Origin: Ruditapes philippinarum
Lineage: Eukaryota
Assembly (NCBI RefSeq): GCF_026571515.1
Contig: NW_026852001.1
Coordinates: 62,001-126,000, forward strand
Reading direction: 5' to 3'
Length of the DNA: 64,000 nt
The first letter of the stretch is position 1, and the number at the start of each line of letters is the position of its first letter. Under the pieces are notes generated by a model. That model searched no databases and was not told the origin of the DNA. It was given only the letters and a program-made list of their open reading frames with translations. This document shows positions 40,301-52,587 of the stretch, one piece after another. Position numbers and translations under genes: made by a program.

Positions 40301-43300
40301 GACCTTGTAAGCAAAAACGGTTTCTGATCAATAACTTAAGAACCTTAAGGCCTAGGAACTTCAAACTTGATATGGTGATTGGTCATGATCAGTAGATGAT
40401 CCCTATTGATTTTGGGGTCAATGGGTCAAAGGTCAAGGTCACATTGACCTTGTAAGCAAAAATGGTTTCCGAACAATAACTAAAGAACTTTAAGGCCTAG
40501 GAACTTCAAACTTGGTATGGTGATTGGTCATGATCAGTAGATGACCCCTATTGAATTTGGAGTCAAGGGGTCAAAGGTCAAGGTCACATTGACCTTGTAA
40601 GCAATAACGGTTTCCGATCAATAACTAAAGAACTTTAAGGCCTAGGAACTTCAAACTTGGTATGGTGATTGGTCATGATCAGTAGATGACCCCTATTGAT
40701 TTTAGGGTCAAGGGGTCAAAGGTCAAGGTCACATTGACCTCTTGGTAAAAAACGGTTTCTGATCAATAACAAAAGAACCCTTAGGCCTAGGAACTTCAAA
40801 CTTGGTATGGTGATTGGTCATGACCAGCAGATGACCCCTATTGATTTTGGGGTTAAGGGGTCAAAGATCAAGGTCACATTGACCTTGTAGGTAAAAACGA
40901 TTTCCGATCAATAACAACAGAACCCGTAGGCCTAGGAACTTCAAACTTGGTATGGTGATTGGTCATGACCAGCAGATGACCCCTATTGATTTTGGGGTTA
41001 AGGGGTAAAAGGTCAAGGTCACATTGACTTTGTAGGTAAAAACAGTTTCCGATCAATAATGAAAGAACCCTTAGGCCTAGGGACTTCAAACTTGATATGG
41101 TGATTGGTCATGATCAGTAGATGACCCCTATTGATTTTGGGGTCAAGGGGTCAAAGGTCAAGGTCACATTGACCTCTTAGGTAAAAACGGTTTCCGATCA
41201 ATAACTAAAGAACCCTTAGGCCTAGGAACTTCAAACTTGGTATGATGATTGGTCATGACCAGTAGATGACCCCTATTGATATTGGGGTTAAGGGGTCAAA
41301 GGGCAAGGTCACATTGACCTTGTAGGTAAAAATGCTTTCAAATCAATAACTTAAGAACACTTTGGCCTAGGAACTTCAAACATGGTATGGTGATTGGTCA
41401 TGACCAGCAGATGACCTATTGATTTTGGGGTCAAGGGGTCAAAGGTCAAGGTCACATTGACCTTGTATGTTAAAACGGTTTCCAATCAATTAACTAAAAA
41501 TGCTTAGGCCTAGGAACTTCAAACTTTGTATGATTGGTCGTGACCAGCAGATGACCCCTATTGAGTTTTGGGTCAAGGGGTCAAAGGTTAAGGTCATGAC
41601 CAGTAGATACTTGATAACCCTTATTAATTGTTTGATCACTGGGTCAGAAGTAATGCATAATAACCTTATCACATGACTAATTGGCTGCTGATAGGGGGCA
41701 TACATGTTTTACAAACATATCTTGTTAAAGTATGACTTTCAATCTCTTGCCTCTCACATCTATGGGTTAAAATCCCACCAGGACATTTTGATTTTTCCTG
41801 TGAGGAAGCTATCCTTCTGGATTATTGAAGACTTAACTGCTTTTGTCTGAAATTGTGCATGGAGGGGCAAATTGTTTATTCCTTTACCAGTAAAATCTTG
41901 AATGTTACCATATTCTGAATGACTTGTGCAGTATAAACTATTGCTTTTGAGACCTTTTGTTCTCACTGCACTGTAATCTCAAATTGAACAATTTTGTGGT
42001 AAATGTTTTAAGGTACTCTGAAGTTCAGGTTTTTAAATCTCATATCAGCACTTTCTTTTTTTTTATAAACCAACAAAAAAAATGATCGACTTAGGGTTTT
42101 CAGGAGTTTTTTTTGTTGACATTTACATATATTTTGTTTCTTCTGAATGACGGTATATTATTTTGTTGCTGTAAAAGGATATACTAAAATGGCTGAATTG
42201 GTTGCATCATGATCAAGTAAAGTTAAGTACATATTAAAAGACCTTTTTATCCTATAATTTACAGGGTCTTGACATTGGACCAGAATCTATCAAGTTATTT
42301 ACAGCTGCCGTAACAACAGCAAAGACAATAGTCTGGAATGGGTATGTGATTTAAGAATATAGTTTCATATTATTTAGTCAGGTTTATTTCATTTTGCTAA
42401 ACATAACTTAAAGACATAGGCATTATTTTTTATTAGAATACAAGATTATGCCTATATCCATTGTGCTAAAAACTTTTGATTTGGGGATGTCTATGACTTT
42501 AGCCATTATGCATTACTGCATTGAACCTTTTCTATAGTGATTAAAAATCCTGCAGTGGCCAAATTACATTATGAGCTAGTTTTCAGAATGTTTTTCCCCC
42601 ATGCATTCTTTTTGCGAGCAAGTAGCTATATTTTAAATTGGGGAACCTTTGGAGAAATAATCAAGACAATTGATTAATTAGAATAATTAAGCTGTTTATG
42701 ACACTATTGATAAATAGAACTTTTCTAGGCTGTGGTCTAGAGATGCATGCTCCGGCATTGATTGAGAAATTTTGTATTCTTGTTCACTGCTTATCTCTCT
42801 GGATGCTGTTGGCCATAATATCATTGATCTTTCTGACTATGACACAATATACCTCAAGACAAGAGCTTTATTTATATATTTGACCTTGACCTCTTAATGG
42901 CCTTGACCTTAAAGGTTAAATTTTCAAAATTCAGGTACTTTTCACATATTTAAACAGATATAGAAATGAAGCATTTTGCTTTACTAAATAAACATCAATA
43001 ATTCTTGTGTGTGTATGTTATGAAATTGATGGAATTTGTTGCTCGCTATTTCAGACCTCCAGGTGTGTTTGAGTTCCCAAACTTTGCTAAAGGAACCATT
43101 GCTTTGATGGATGCAGTTGTACAAGCTACACAAAATGGTGCAACTACCATCATTGGTAAGGGATCACAATGTTTACCAGTTCATATTATCACAATTTAGA
43201 GATTCTTGCAGTTTTATATCTCTGTAGTGCATGTCAATGTTTTTACCAACAACTTTCTAACTCGATAGACTGATTAAGAATATTTTGAGTTTTTCCCAGT

Positions 43301-44874
43301 TGATCCAAGGGTACAAACAAACTTTTAAAGTTTAGCACAACTGGTTGACTAATCTATTGTGAGTGCACCATGAAGTTACAAAGGTAACATGGTGTTTGTA
43401 CTGGGGGATTAACTTGGATAAATCGACATTTGCCAAGTTCCGGATAACATCTATTGAAATGGATGATTGATATGAATTCTGCATGTATGAGCTTTCTGAA
43501 CTAAACATTTTGCAAATTTATTTTTGTTAACATTATATCTTTGCTATCATCATCATGTTCACATCTTCTAGTTTAAAATGTATAGAAACCTTGAGGGATG
43601 TTTCCAAGGTAACAGAGTTTAAGTTGATGGCTTTCAGTCATTCACTATCCAAATTTTATGCATTAGGATACTGATTGTGATGAGGGATGCTGTCCATTAA
43701 GAAATCTATTAAAATTTTGTAATCTGTACTAAACTAAGATTTCTACCCATCAAAAAGAATATCTTGTGTCTTCCCCTATTAAAATATCATTATTTCGCCT
43801 GAAATATATTGTGTCTTCGTGTTGGTTCAGTGAGCATATTATCGTGTCTTCTCCTTCGACTTTTGAGGGGCAAAGACACAAAATGGCAGAAATCAGCCAC
43901 CATACATCTTTGCAGTTTGCCAAGCTCTGTCTCATGGAGGGTAAAGTTGAACTTCTTTGATCTTATGTTGGACTGTTCCAAATTCAAAGCTGGTCAGGTC
44001 CATTACCCAAATCGAGTAGGGTATGTGATAAGTAAGAGAAAAATAAATTGAAGAAAGACTTTATGAAATCCCTAAATCTTGCAATGGACTTTTCCAACTT
44101 CAAAGGAGGACAGGTCCATTATTCAAATTTAGGACAGTTCGGGTAAAACAACAGGGAGTAAAGCAATTTGTACACTATGTTATAATTTAATTACAGGTGG
44201 TGGGGATACAGCGACATGTTGTGCTAAATATAACACAGAAGATAAAGTCAGCCATGTCAGTACAGGAGGCGGAGCTAGTCTTGAACTCTTGGAAGGTTTG
44301 CTATCAATATCATTTTTACATTGTAACTAGGGGCGTCCATTGCCGAGTGGTTCACGGAGGGGCACCGGAGGTCTTCTTCCACCTGTAAAGCTGGAAAGTT
44401 TCCATATGACCTCTACTGTGTTGATGCAATGTAAAACCCAATAAAAAATATATTTTAACTTTTCTATGCAGCTGATGTGAATTTATTAAATAAATAAGGT
44501 CTATTCTTCATATTGAGAGATGTAAGTCATTCATAAGTACTGTGCAATTTCCGCAGAGTGACCCTCTTTGTCAAGGAAGGTTTTCAGTGAGCTTTTGGAA
44601 GATTGATGGGTCCAATCAGACCGCTTGTAACTGTACCCATTGGCACCAAAGGTATTCATCCACCAGTAAAGTTATAAAATTAACAGTTCAAAATGTTGCT
44701 ATATTTAAGAAAAAAGAAATTCTCTAATGACTGATTTTGTGTGATGAAAAATAAACATGTAAACATAACAAGACTAAATGGATATAAATGAAAATATATT
44801 AAATTAAAAATATGTTCTTTTTATTTTTAGGTAAAATTTTACCAGGTGTTGCAGCACTGTCCCCAGCCTCGTAA
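31385..44874 (+). CDS. PGK: Phosphoglycerate kinase, 416 aa, 12 exons
   Basis: Exons: 31385-31446, 34455-34505, 35320-35472, 36380-36524, 37275-37378, 38522-38641, 39143-39257, 39662-39841, 42265-42341, 43055-43155, 44197-44295, 44831-44874; 1251 nt in frame. Motifs [100 protein letters not shown] at ~45462 and ~45722. Confidence 0.98.
31762..32163. mobile_element. MITE in PGK intron 1
   Basis: Terminal inverted repeat caggtctagaaaagtccta(g)atttacac / gtgtaaat(a)taggacttttctagacctg. Confidence 0.85.
32292..32645. mobile_element. Putative MITE with repeated ttccca motifs
   Basis: Ends cagtgttttttt / aaaaaaaacgctg; several internal attccc(a)a motifs. Confidence 0.5.
32810..34032 (+). mobile_element. 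5'-truncated Helentron/HINE-like element with internal tandem repeats (~145 bp)
   Basis: Three well-conserved units (ggttaaagtttt...aatatctcaatt...cagaattatgccc...acttagaaattt) plus decayed ones. The 3' end actatcaagcacttagaatagtcgagc...gctgtcctaccgacagc (hairpin) is shared with the element at 37420. Confidence 0.8.
34523..34676. mobile_element. Short putative MITE
   Basis: Ends cagagatcgaaaa / ttttcgatgcctg; internal cacttgtc / gacaagtg inverted pair. Confidence 0.5.
35822..36082 (+). mobile_element. tRNA-derived SINE-like copy
   Basis: B-box-like ggtttgaatccc; body gtgcctgaaataa...ctgaggtcttcc...aagctggaa is shared with copies at 44329, 52125 and 60752. Confidence 0.6.
37420..37849 (+). 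mobile_element. Complete short Helentron/HINE-like element
   Basis: Subterminal inverted repeat gctcgactattc / gaatagtcgagc, 3' hairpin ctgtcctaccgacag, T-rich insertion site, about 1.7 internal tandem units (ttaaagtttttgtaata...caaatattttcaaagt). Confidence 0.82.
39262..39525. repeat. Degenerate ~30-bp minisatellite
   Basis: Recurring aatggt(a/t)ccaggca motif. Confidence 0.55.
39949..41726 (+). mobile_element. Helentron/HINE-like element with 11 x 145-bp tandem array, in PGK intron 8
   Basis: Subterminal inverted repeat tatgccccc / gggggcata; (gtcg/gtcc) microsatellite at ~39994; cctagg recurs at 40061, 40206, 40351, 40496, 40641, 40786, 40931, 41076, 41221, 41365 and ~41508; 3' hairpin atgttttacaaacat. 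Confidence 0.9.
44329..44445 (+). mobile_element. Internally deleted SINE-like copy
   Basis: A-box-like head ttgccgagtggtt joined directly to the tail gaggtcttc...aaagctggaaagt...atatgacc...aaacccaataaaaa. Confidence 0.6.
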
Positions 44875-47800
44875 GCATATCCTGTCGGTATCCTGAGAAG
44901 TGGAATTTGATGTCAACAACAGGCACTAGATTTACACAATTTACATGTTTCTGTTGTACCGTCATTATAAGTCATCCTTTATTCTGATGTTGAAGTATGT
45001 TAGGGAATGGTTTTATATTCCAATCTGGTGTAACTATTGCGAGATTAAATTATTTGGAAAATTTGATAAAATATATGCGGAAAATAATGTGCGTAAATTT
45101 GTGATGGATATTATAAATACGGAAACTATCGAAACTTTGATTTATGGATCCTAAAACAGTACCTAGTTTAAATTTGATTAGTTTTCTCACTTTTGCTTTT
45201 TATCCTTGTCCAAGTGGTAAAATTAGGTATATTTTTGTTATTTATGTGTACTGAGCTGTAAATCCAACATAGAATTTCCTGAAATGAGTTACAATGCAAC
45301 TCTGCCATAATTTCTATAGATTAATGTTTATTGTGATGGTGATCTTGGATTTTGCAACCTGTTTCTATAATAGAATCTCTAAAGTGCAGTAGTTGCTACC
45401 GTCATGTGTCAATAGGAAATGGAGAATATGTACAAAATCTGCAAACAGTTTATACCTGAACAATAAATATAGATGCCGTGTCTAGAGGTGATGTTTATGG
45501 TATTTCAATGATGACTTCAACTTACGCATCAAAGTGCTATCTCTATACACTGACCCTGTTATATGTAGTATAAATTTTTCTTCTGTTTTAGGTATTTATG
45601 AAGAGTTTGTTATAGATAATGTCTATTAAATTGTATCAGATGCTTAGTCAGCTATTTTTCTTTTATTTACAATTTACATGTCAGATAATGTCCAGAACAT
45701 TTCCAAACTTGTATTAATGATAATAAAAATGTATCAGTTACGAGACCATAATCCATTTGGGGGCTCTTTACCGTTATCATTTTTTTAATTTTCAAAATCC
45801 TATTTATTACGGTAACGTTGTAGTTTTATGACATTGATAGTACTTTGTCTTGCTTATTATAGAGAAGAATCTAACATGTCTATCCTTTTTCACACATTAT
45901 AGCTTCTTTTTTTTTTCAGAATTGGCATTACCAAAATTAAATGAATCTCACAATTCTAAGTTCTTTTTCACATGTTTCAGTCATTTTATTTGATTTCTTT
46001 GCAAATTCAAGATGGCTGCTAAGGTTCAAACACCTTCAGAGGCATGCCATTTTTTCCATGTTGAAAAAACTTTGCACTCATTTCTTAGTACTTGTTGATT
46101 ACAGGAAGGGATTTGAGATTTGGACTGTAAACTTATAGTTTCCTACACTATTAAACTAAAAAAAATTCTGTATATTTGAAACTTTAGATGGCAGTAAATC
46201 TTAGGTATCATGTGAAATGTGAACTTGTGAGAACTTGGTCTCTCAAATATAGATTTATTAGTGATTATTCCTGAATTTCAGGATTTTTATACTCCCAAAA
46301 GCCATGTTTGCCCATATAAAACTTCTTAAAAAAATTCAGGATCTTTTATAATTGGCAACTTTTACCCATGTGGGGACAGGCTTAGGAAAGTGATATTTAC
46401 TATCTATCTTTGCTTTCCTTAGTTCACGATGCAATAATGAAAATGCACAGGAGTTTCTGCTTATATCAGCTATGGACTTTATTTTGAGACTATTAACAGA
46501 GGGGTGTTTCTCTGTAAGGATGATGAATATCAATCAAATCAGTATAAGGGTGGTGCCCATGTGTAACATGGTACTTAAGATTCTGTAAGTTTCTAAGAAT
46601 GAAAATGACTTTTCATTGACTTATTGAACAAGTATTGACTACTGTCTCTTTACTTAAAGGTACATGTCTTTATCAAAGATGAGTCAATAATCAAAAGCAA
46701 AAACATTTAGGTCAGTCTGCCATATTTATAGGTGGCACTATAATTATGCAAATTAACACTATATCTTACTGCATTATATGCATGGATGTGGTACCTTCAG
46801 GGTAATAATTATTAATATAACTAAGGTTTTCAAATTTATAAGTCTGATAGTCAGGAATGCTTGTCTGATAGTACAGGCTCTATACTGAGAACAAATTCCT
46901 GATCACTTTCAATTCCAACAAGGTAAGTGTTAAAAGAACTGCAGGTCACAAAGCCGAAAAACATTAAATTTGAAATTCTTATATAGATGAAGTGAAGGAC
47001 TTAAAATTGAAAAATCTGCAAAGGATAATAAAGAAAAATATTCAAAATTAGATTAATATCAGGTTTATGCAATTCATAGTCCGATTTGAGCAATAAGCGT
47101 TGCAACACTTTTCATTTTTTGGCCATTTTGCATAATAATTTTTCTGGAAAAACTGGGATGAGGGAATGATCTGAAAATTTTCACCCTAAGTTATTGGTCC
47201 AGACCTACATCAAATAGTGCACAAATTTTGGTCCTGTCATCACAAAAAAGTCTCTTTAAAGAAATTTAAAATCAAAAGACTCGTAAAGTAACCAATAGTA
47301 AAAATCTAGATCTGAAGGGCATGGAAGCACAGGCTGGCTTAGCTCTATATTGGTGGCAAAGGTAGATGATTATAGATGTTTATTAACCCTTACTCCACTA
47401 AATATCTTAAATGGACTTGACTATCTTTTAATCTGGACAAAACCATTCATGATTTTTAGGGAAAATGACAAAATAAATACTGACTGAATAGTAGACAGTG
47501 CAGAACATGATAAGACAGCCAGACATGTTGGCTTATGTTAGTCTGCACTGGTTACATTTACATTAACAAATAGAAAAATAATATTTTGATAAAAAGGTCA
47601 TGAAAATTTACTTACAACAAACAAGATTTTGCATTTCATTGCCTTTCATACCAACAATGATTCATGGCAGTATGAACCAGGCTATTCATGTATTTTACAA
47701 TTATGTATATATTAAACAAATTGGATGTTCACAAATTCTAAATAAGTGAAATATGTAAAGTATACTACAAATTAGTTCACATATTTTTATTTTTAAAGTT

Positions 47801-47955
47801 TTTAATTTCATTTCAGCAAAAAAGTACAATTTACTTGATGTCCATTATTGTAATCATTAATTCAAAGAAATATTGAGGACAAAGTTTTAGTTGAGGGTTA
47901 TTTCTTAGTTTTAATTTCTTAGCCAGAATGGAAAAGCTTTAATACTGTGTTATTG

Positions 47956-48720
47956 TTTGATTTTATTAACCTGTCAATTCCATACTCATTATACGGTCAA
48001 TGCACAGAATATATTAATATTCGATAAGTGTTCGGTAAATTCCGTGAGAGGTACGCAGTAAGATGCGATTAAATTCATCTAGTTTCTATGAATTAGTTAT
48101 ACTGACCGTTATAGCGCAATAGAGTAAACTACGGGTATATAATTTCAAAATGTCCTACATGTAAGGTCGAGACCGTGTATGTCCAGAATTTTTTTCTTAT
48201 TCATAACGATTTTCAAAATTTTTGAAGTTATGGTTGTTCTGTTTTTAATATGTATTGCACTCTTTTGTAAATACTAGATTTTTGTATATAACATTGTTTA
48301 AGAATTGATACTGAAATTACATTCGGATTATAATCAATAAATGTATTTCTAGAGCCGTAAAATACAATACCAAATGTGACAATTCAGTGTTTCTTAGTTG
48401 TTTCATATCCGTGTGGACAATTTTGCAAGCGCTTGACCATTTTCTTTAAAATATACCTAAAATTAAAAACAGAATAAGTCTAAAAAGAATGTCAAAAAAG
48501 GGATCGAACCTCGGACCCCTCATACATTAGGTAATCACTTAACCGACTGTTCTATTGCGGATGTTACGAGAACTAACATTAAGCTAGTGCGAGTTTTCCA
48601 AATGGTAGTGATATACTCCAATATTAATTCTCGTAAAATAAACGGACAAAGCCGAAGTGGGATCGAATATTCAAATGAGTGCTATAATGTATTCATTATT
48701 GACAGGTCAATAAAATCAGA
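47956..48720. mobile_element. TIR-bounded non-autonomous DNA element with an internal tRNA-like segment
   Basis: Inverted repeat tgattttattaacctgtcaat / attgacaggtcaataaaatca; the interior is CpG-richer than the flanks. Confidence 0.75.
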
Positions 48721-51035
48721 CTATAAATCATATAACTAAGATAAATAACTCATGCAATTACAATGAAATGGTTTATAAGGGTTTCTTCCCTTGGTACATT
48801 TCTCTACCTATTATTCAGTCTGTGAAATATATTCTGTCTGACCTTACATGCAAAACAAACAATTATCCTCAATTAATGACATTTTTGTTCAAAATTTACA
48901 ACAAATGTTGTATTTTCCTTGATGTATGCAACTAATTCAATTATGATACTTAAGTAACATGCTATTTGTGCTTTCAAATATAGTTCATCTGCAGTAAAAT
49001 TACATTTTTGATACATTCAGTGTGAAATTATCAAGATGTAATACACTGCTATCATGGTAATTTACTGAAAATCATGTAATAAACAGGAAGATTACATTCT
49101 AATAAGATAACATCCACAGTTTTAACATTAACAGAGAAAACATTAACAAAGTTTATATAGTGCAAGTGTTTCCATTAAAGCAGCATGCCTCCTGTTTCAT
49201 GCTAATTTTCATTGAAAAAAAATTTGAAATTTATTTAAAAGTAATATATTGTGAAGTGAACAAAGAAAGTAATTTATACATATTGTAGCTTTACAATCCA
49301 TGTAAATTACCAAAAAGGGGTCAAAACATGAAAAAATATTCCTTACTGCTCTAGTCACACAGTATATATATATATGGTGATATATACTGCAAAATCAGTC
49401 ATTAATCACACATAACATGTAAATTATGTAAAAATTGTGCATGTATCATTAGGATTGATAATTATTTATAGAATTACATTTTTAAAAGGATGTAAAGATA
49501 TTCTTGGTAAAATGAAATTTAGAAATTTAAAATTCAACAATTACTTTGTGATATATGGATAGAGCTTCAATAAAAAGTCTTTTAATATGTTTTTTATAAA
49601 ACATAATTGATTTATATAAACAAACAAAATAAAACATTCCTTTACAAAATCAAATTAAGGCACCTCCAGATTTGTCGAGCATGTACAAAAACTCGGTATT
49701 TTCATTTAGTTACTTTGAAAAAAAAAAAAATATATTCTACAGGTTACAGACATTCAAATATAGTTTTATACATCTTTTTTTTTCTTTCAAAAATTGTTTA
49801 TTCGAGGTGGAGGCGTGCAGCTTTAAGGAAGGAATGTTATATTAAAACCGCACCATTTCCAATTTATCTTTATCAAAGAAAGTGATGCATTTAATTTAAA
49901 AGATAATAAAATGAGGGAAATTTGAGCAATAAATACACAATGTATGAACAGCATTATTTGATTTATTTTCATGAAAGAAAAAAAAATGAACAACTTTAAT
50001 CAGTAATTTTATGATTTTCTTTGTGAGGTTATAAATTGCCGTTTTTTTCCGATCTTTTCAGAACGTTAAATGTGTTAAAAGACCTAATACTGCAATGTAA
50101 ATAGAAGCGACCGTATTGAAAAAAATTCACCAGAATGTCATTATCATTTATAATAGTTAATTAATTGTAGCCCTTTCGATAAATAACATTTTTCCTAATT
50201 ATAGGTATTAGAATTTTTGTAATTTTCTAGTTAGTCATTTAGGTGGCATGTCTCCATCTTCTAATTATAAATATCATATTCCGTGGCGATTTCAGAGTAG
50301 CATGTTTACGTTCCATTGTTCATGGATTATTTGAAGATGAGTTACATTTTGGGTCCAGTTCAATACGCCTGGTTAGTGTAAATATGGATTAGAAATTAGA
50401 TTTTCCAATTTCATTATTGCCCGATACAAAAGACCATAAATTAGTATAGTTGACAACAGAGAAGTGGCCTTGTTCTGTATGGGAGATAGATGGGAGATAG
50501 ACGGCAAGGTTTATATCACGTGGAGATTTATACAATGATGTCACACCTAACAATGGTAGTATAAAGATATAGATATCAGATAGGTATAAACCCCATAACC
50601 CTCGACCCCGCCCCTGCCAATATATCACAGAATATTATTTCTATACTTTGTCATAGTGTTTTGTTATCATCCAAAATGTAAAAAAATATCAGATCATTCA
50701 AAATGTAAAAAAATATCAGGTAGCTGTTTTCTTTTATTAATCGATGATTATTAATCAAAGTATATAATAGCATAAGGCCCCACTGGATTTTCTTGTTGAA
50801 TGATGATATATAACACTTACATTGTCATCATATTCTAATCATTTTATGCCAAAAAAAAAGGAGTTCAAAAGAAAAGATCTTGGTCAAAATGATATTATTT
50901 TGTTTTCATTGTTATAAAACTAACATTGATCATATTAGGTTATTATAATTTGGTATGCATACAAAATGTTAAGATTTGTTGAATTGCATTTTTTTTTCTA
51001 CAATTCCTTGAGCTAAAGCCTTGTAAAGTCCACAT

Positions 51036-51383
51036 TTAAAGGCACATTATGCCTAAGATATTCGTTTTTTTTTAAATTTTGTTAGAAAGTCAAACAAGTG
51101 TTTAGTAATGTTTTAACAGTGGATTTAAAGAATATTAAATGCTTAACAACTCAAGATAGTAGAGCTGAACATGCAAATATGTGCCATAAAGGTAGCAAAA
51201 TGTAAACAAAGTACTAGTATTCTGACTTCCAAACAAAATACTAATTCACTATGATTATACCAATTGCAAACAGCGCAAAAGTAGCAAAAGTTGTATTTTT
51301 TTTATAAACTTTAACAATTTCAAATATAAAATGTTCTAAGAAAATGAAAAAGATAGTTTTTCTGAGGTATAATGGGCCTTTAA
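51036..51383. mobile_element. MITE with TTAA target site (Kolobok-like)
   Basis: TTAA|aggcacattatgcct ... aggtataatgggcct|TTAA. Confidence 0.72.
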
Positions 51384-51799
51384 GTTACAGTCGAACATCG
51401 GATAAACAAGAATAAACATTATGGAGAAATTTTGAAATATACTAAATATGACCATGATCTAGATCCTTATCTTTTAAACTTAGTGAACAGGTCCCATGAA
51501 CAGACATGATATTTAGACAAAAGAAAACAGAAACTACACTATTGTTTTATTCATCACAAGATATTATTCGTTTTGTCATATTTCTTTTTGTTTCTGATCC
51601 ATAAATTCACAGACACTTGTCTGCCAAAGTTATGGTTATGAATAATTGTTATTAATCATTACCAATTTTGTTTAAGTTGATCAATTTTTGAAATTATAAT
51701 CAATCATTGTTAAAATCCTACTGGATCATAAAGAAAGAAATTTTTTATATTTTTTGTTTGCCTGTCTGGCAGCCAACGTGCGTGTCTATTAATTAATAC

Positions 51800-52010
51800 C
51801 TGTTTGTTTGTTAGTCTGTCTGTCTGTCTGTCTGTTTTCCTGTCTGCCTGCCTACTTACTTATCTTTTTGTTAATACCGTTTTGGTTTATTAGTCTGTCT
51901 GTTGGTTTGCTTGTCAGTTTGCATGTCTGTCTGTTTGTTTGCCGCTAAACTGTTTATTTGTTTGTATTCTTGTCATTTTGACTTCTTGCTTGTCTGTTTG
52001 TTTGCTTGTG
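51800..52010. repeat. Compound (TGTT)/(TGTC) low-complexity tract
   Basis: Repeated tgtt, tgtc and ctgc tetramers. Confidence 0.75.
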
Positions 52011-52124
52011 TTTTATGACATAGTAATAGAATAACACAATAGTTATAATATATACCAGTATTGTGGACCTGTTGAAATTGAAATATTTTTGTAATTTAAA
52101 ATTCAATATCAAATTATACTCTGT

Positions 52125-52258
52125 GGAAGCTATCTAGCTTAGCGTTTAGGGAAGGTCAGTAATTCTACTCAGGTACCAAGGTGTTTGTTACTAAGTTAAG
52201 TTGGAATGTCGCCATATGACCTTCACAGTGTTAGTGTGACTTTAAACCGAACAAAAAA
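52125..52258 (+). mobile_element. SINE-like 3' fragment
   Basis: ggaagctatc...aagttggaatgtcgccatatgacc...gtgactttaaacc tail resembles the copy at 44329. Confidence 0.5.
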
Positions 52259-52336
52259 CTCTTACTCATTTCATAATTATACATTCCAGCATTTACTTGG
52301 ATCATTCTTTGCTTCCATTTGAGTCACAATTTCAAC

Positions 52337-52587
52337 TACTGTGAATTTACTTAATTTCGCGAGCATGGAATTTCGTGGTTTTAACCGTTTTGTCACAAAA
52401 AAACATTTGTGTGGGTTCTTAAAGTTGTGGACTATTTATATTTTCCTTAGGAAAATCTAAATAATGTAATGCAAAATAATCTTACAGCAGATGAAATGAA
52501 ATTTTGTTGGATCTTAAATTTGCGGATTGACCTATCCAATAAAATCACGAAAATTAGTGCTCCATGAATAATTATGATTTTGCAGTA
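52337..52587. mobile_element. MITE flanked by TA (Tc1/mariner-derived type)
   Basis: TActgtgaattt...aatttcgtggttt versus aaatcacgaaaatt...attttgcagTA. Confidence 0.65.

Noticed and set aside
39949-41726. CRISPR-like regular array
   Set aside because: Units are near-identical end to end with no unique spacers, there are no cas genes, and the context is eukaryotic; it is a satellite inside a HINE-like element.
48494-48560. tRNA gene
   Set aside because: No acceptor stem and a poor anticodon arm; treated as a tRNA-derived cassette.
49860-50650. Possible DNA element ending atatatcacagaatattatttctatactttg
   Set aside because: It looks repeat-like, but I found no matching inverted terminus or second copy in the window.
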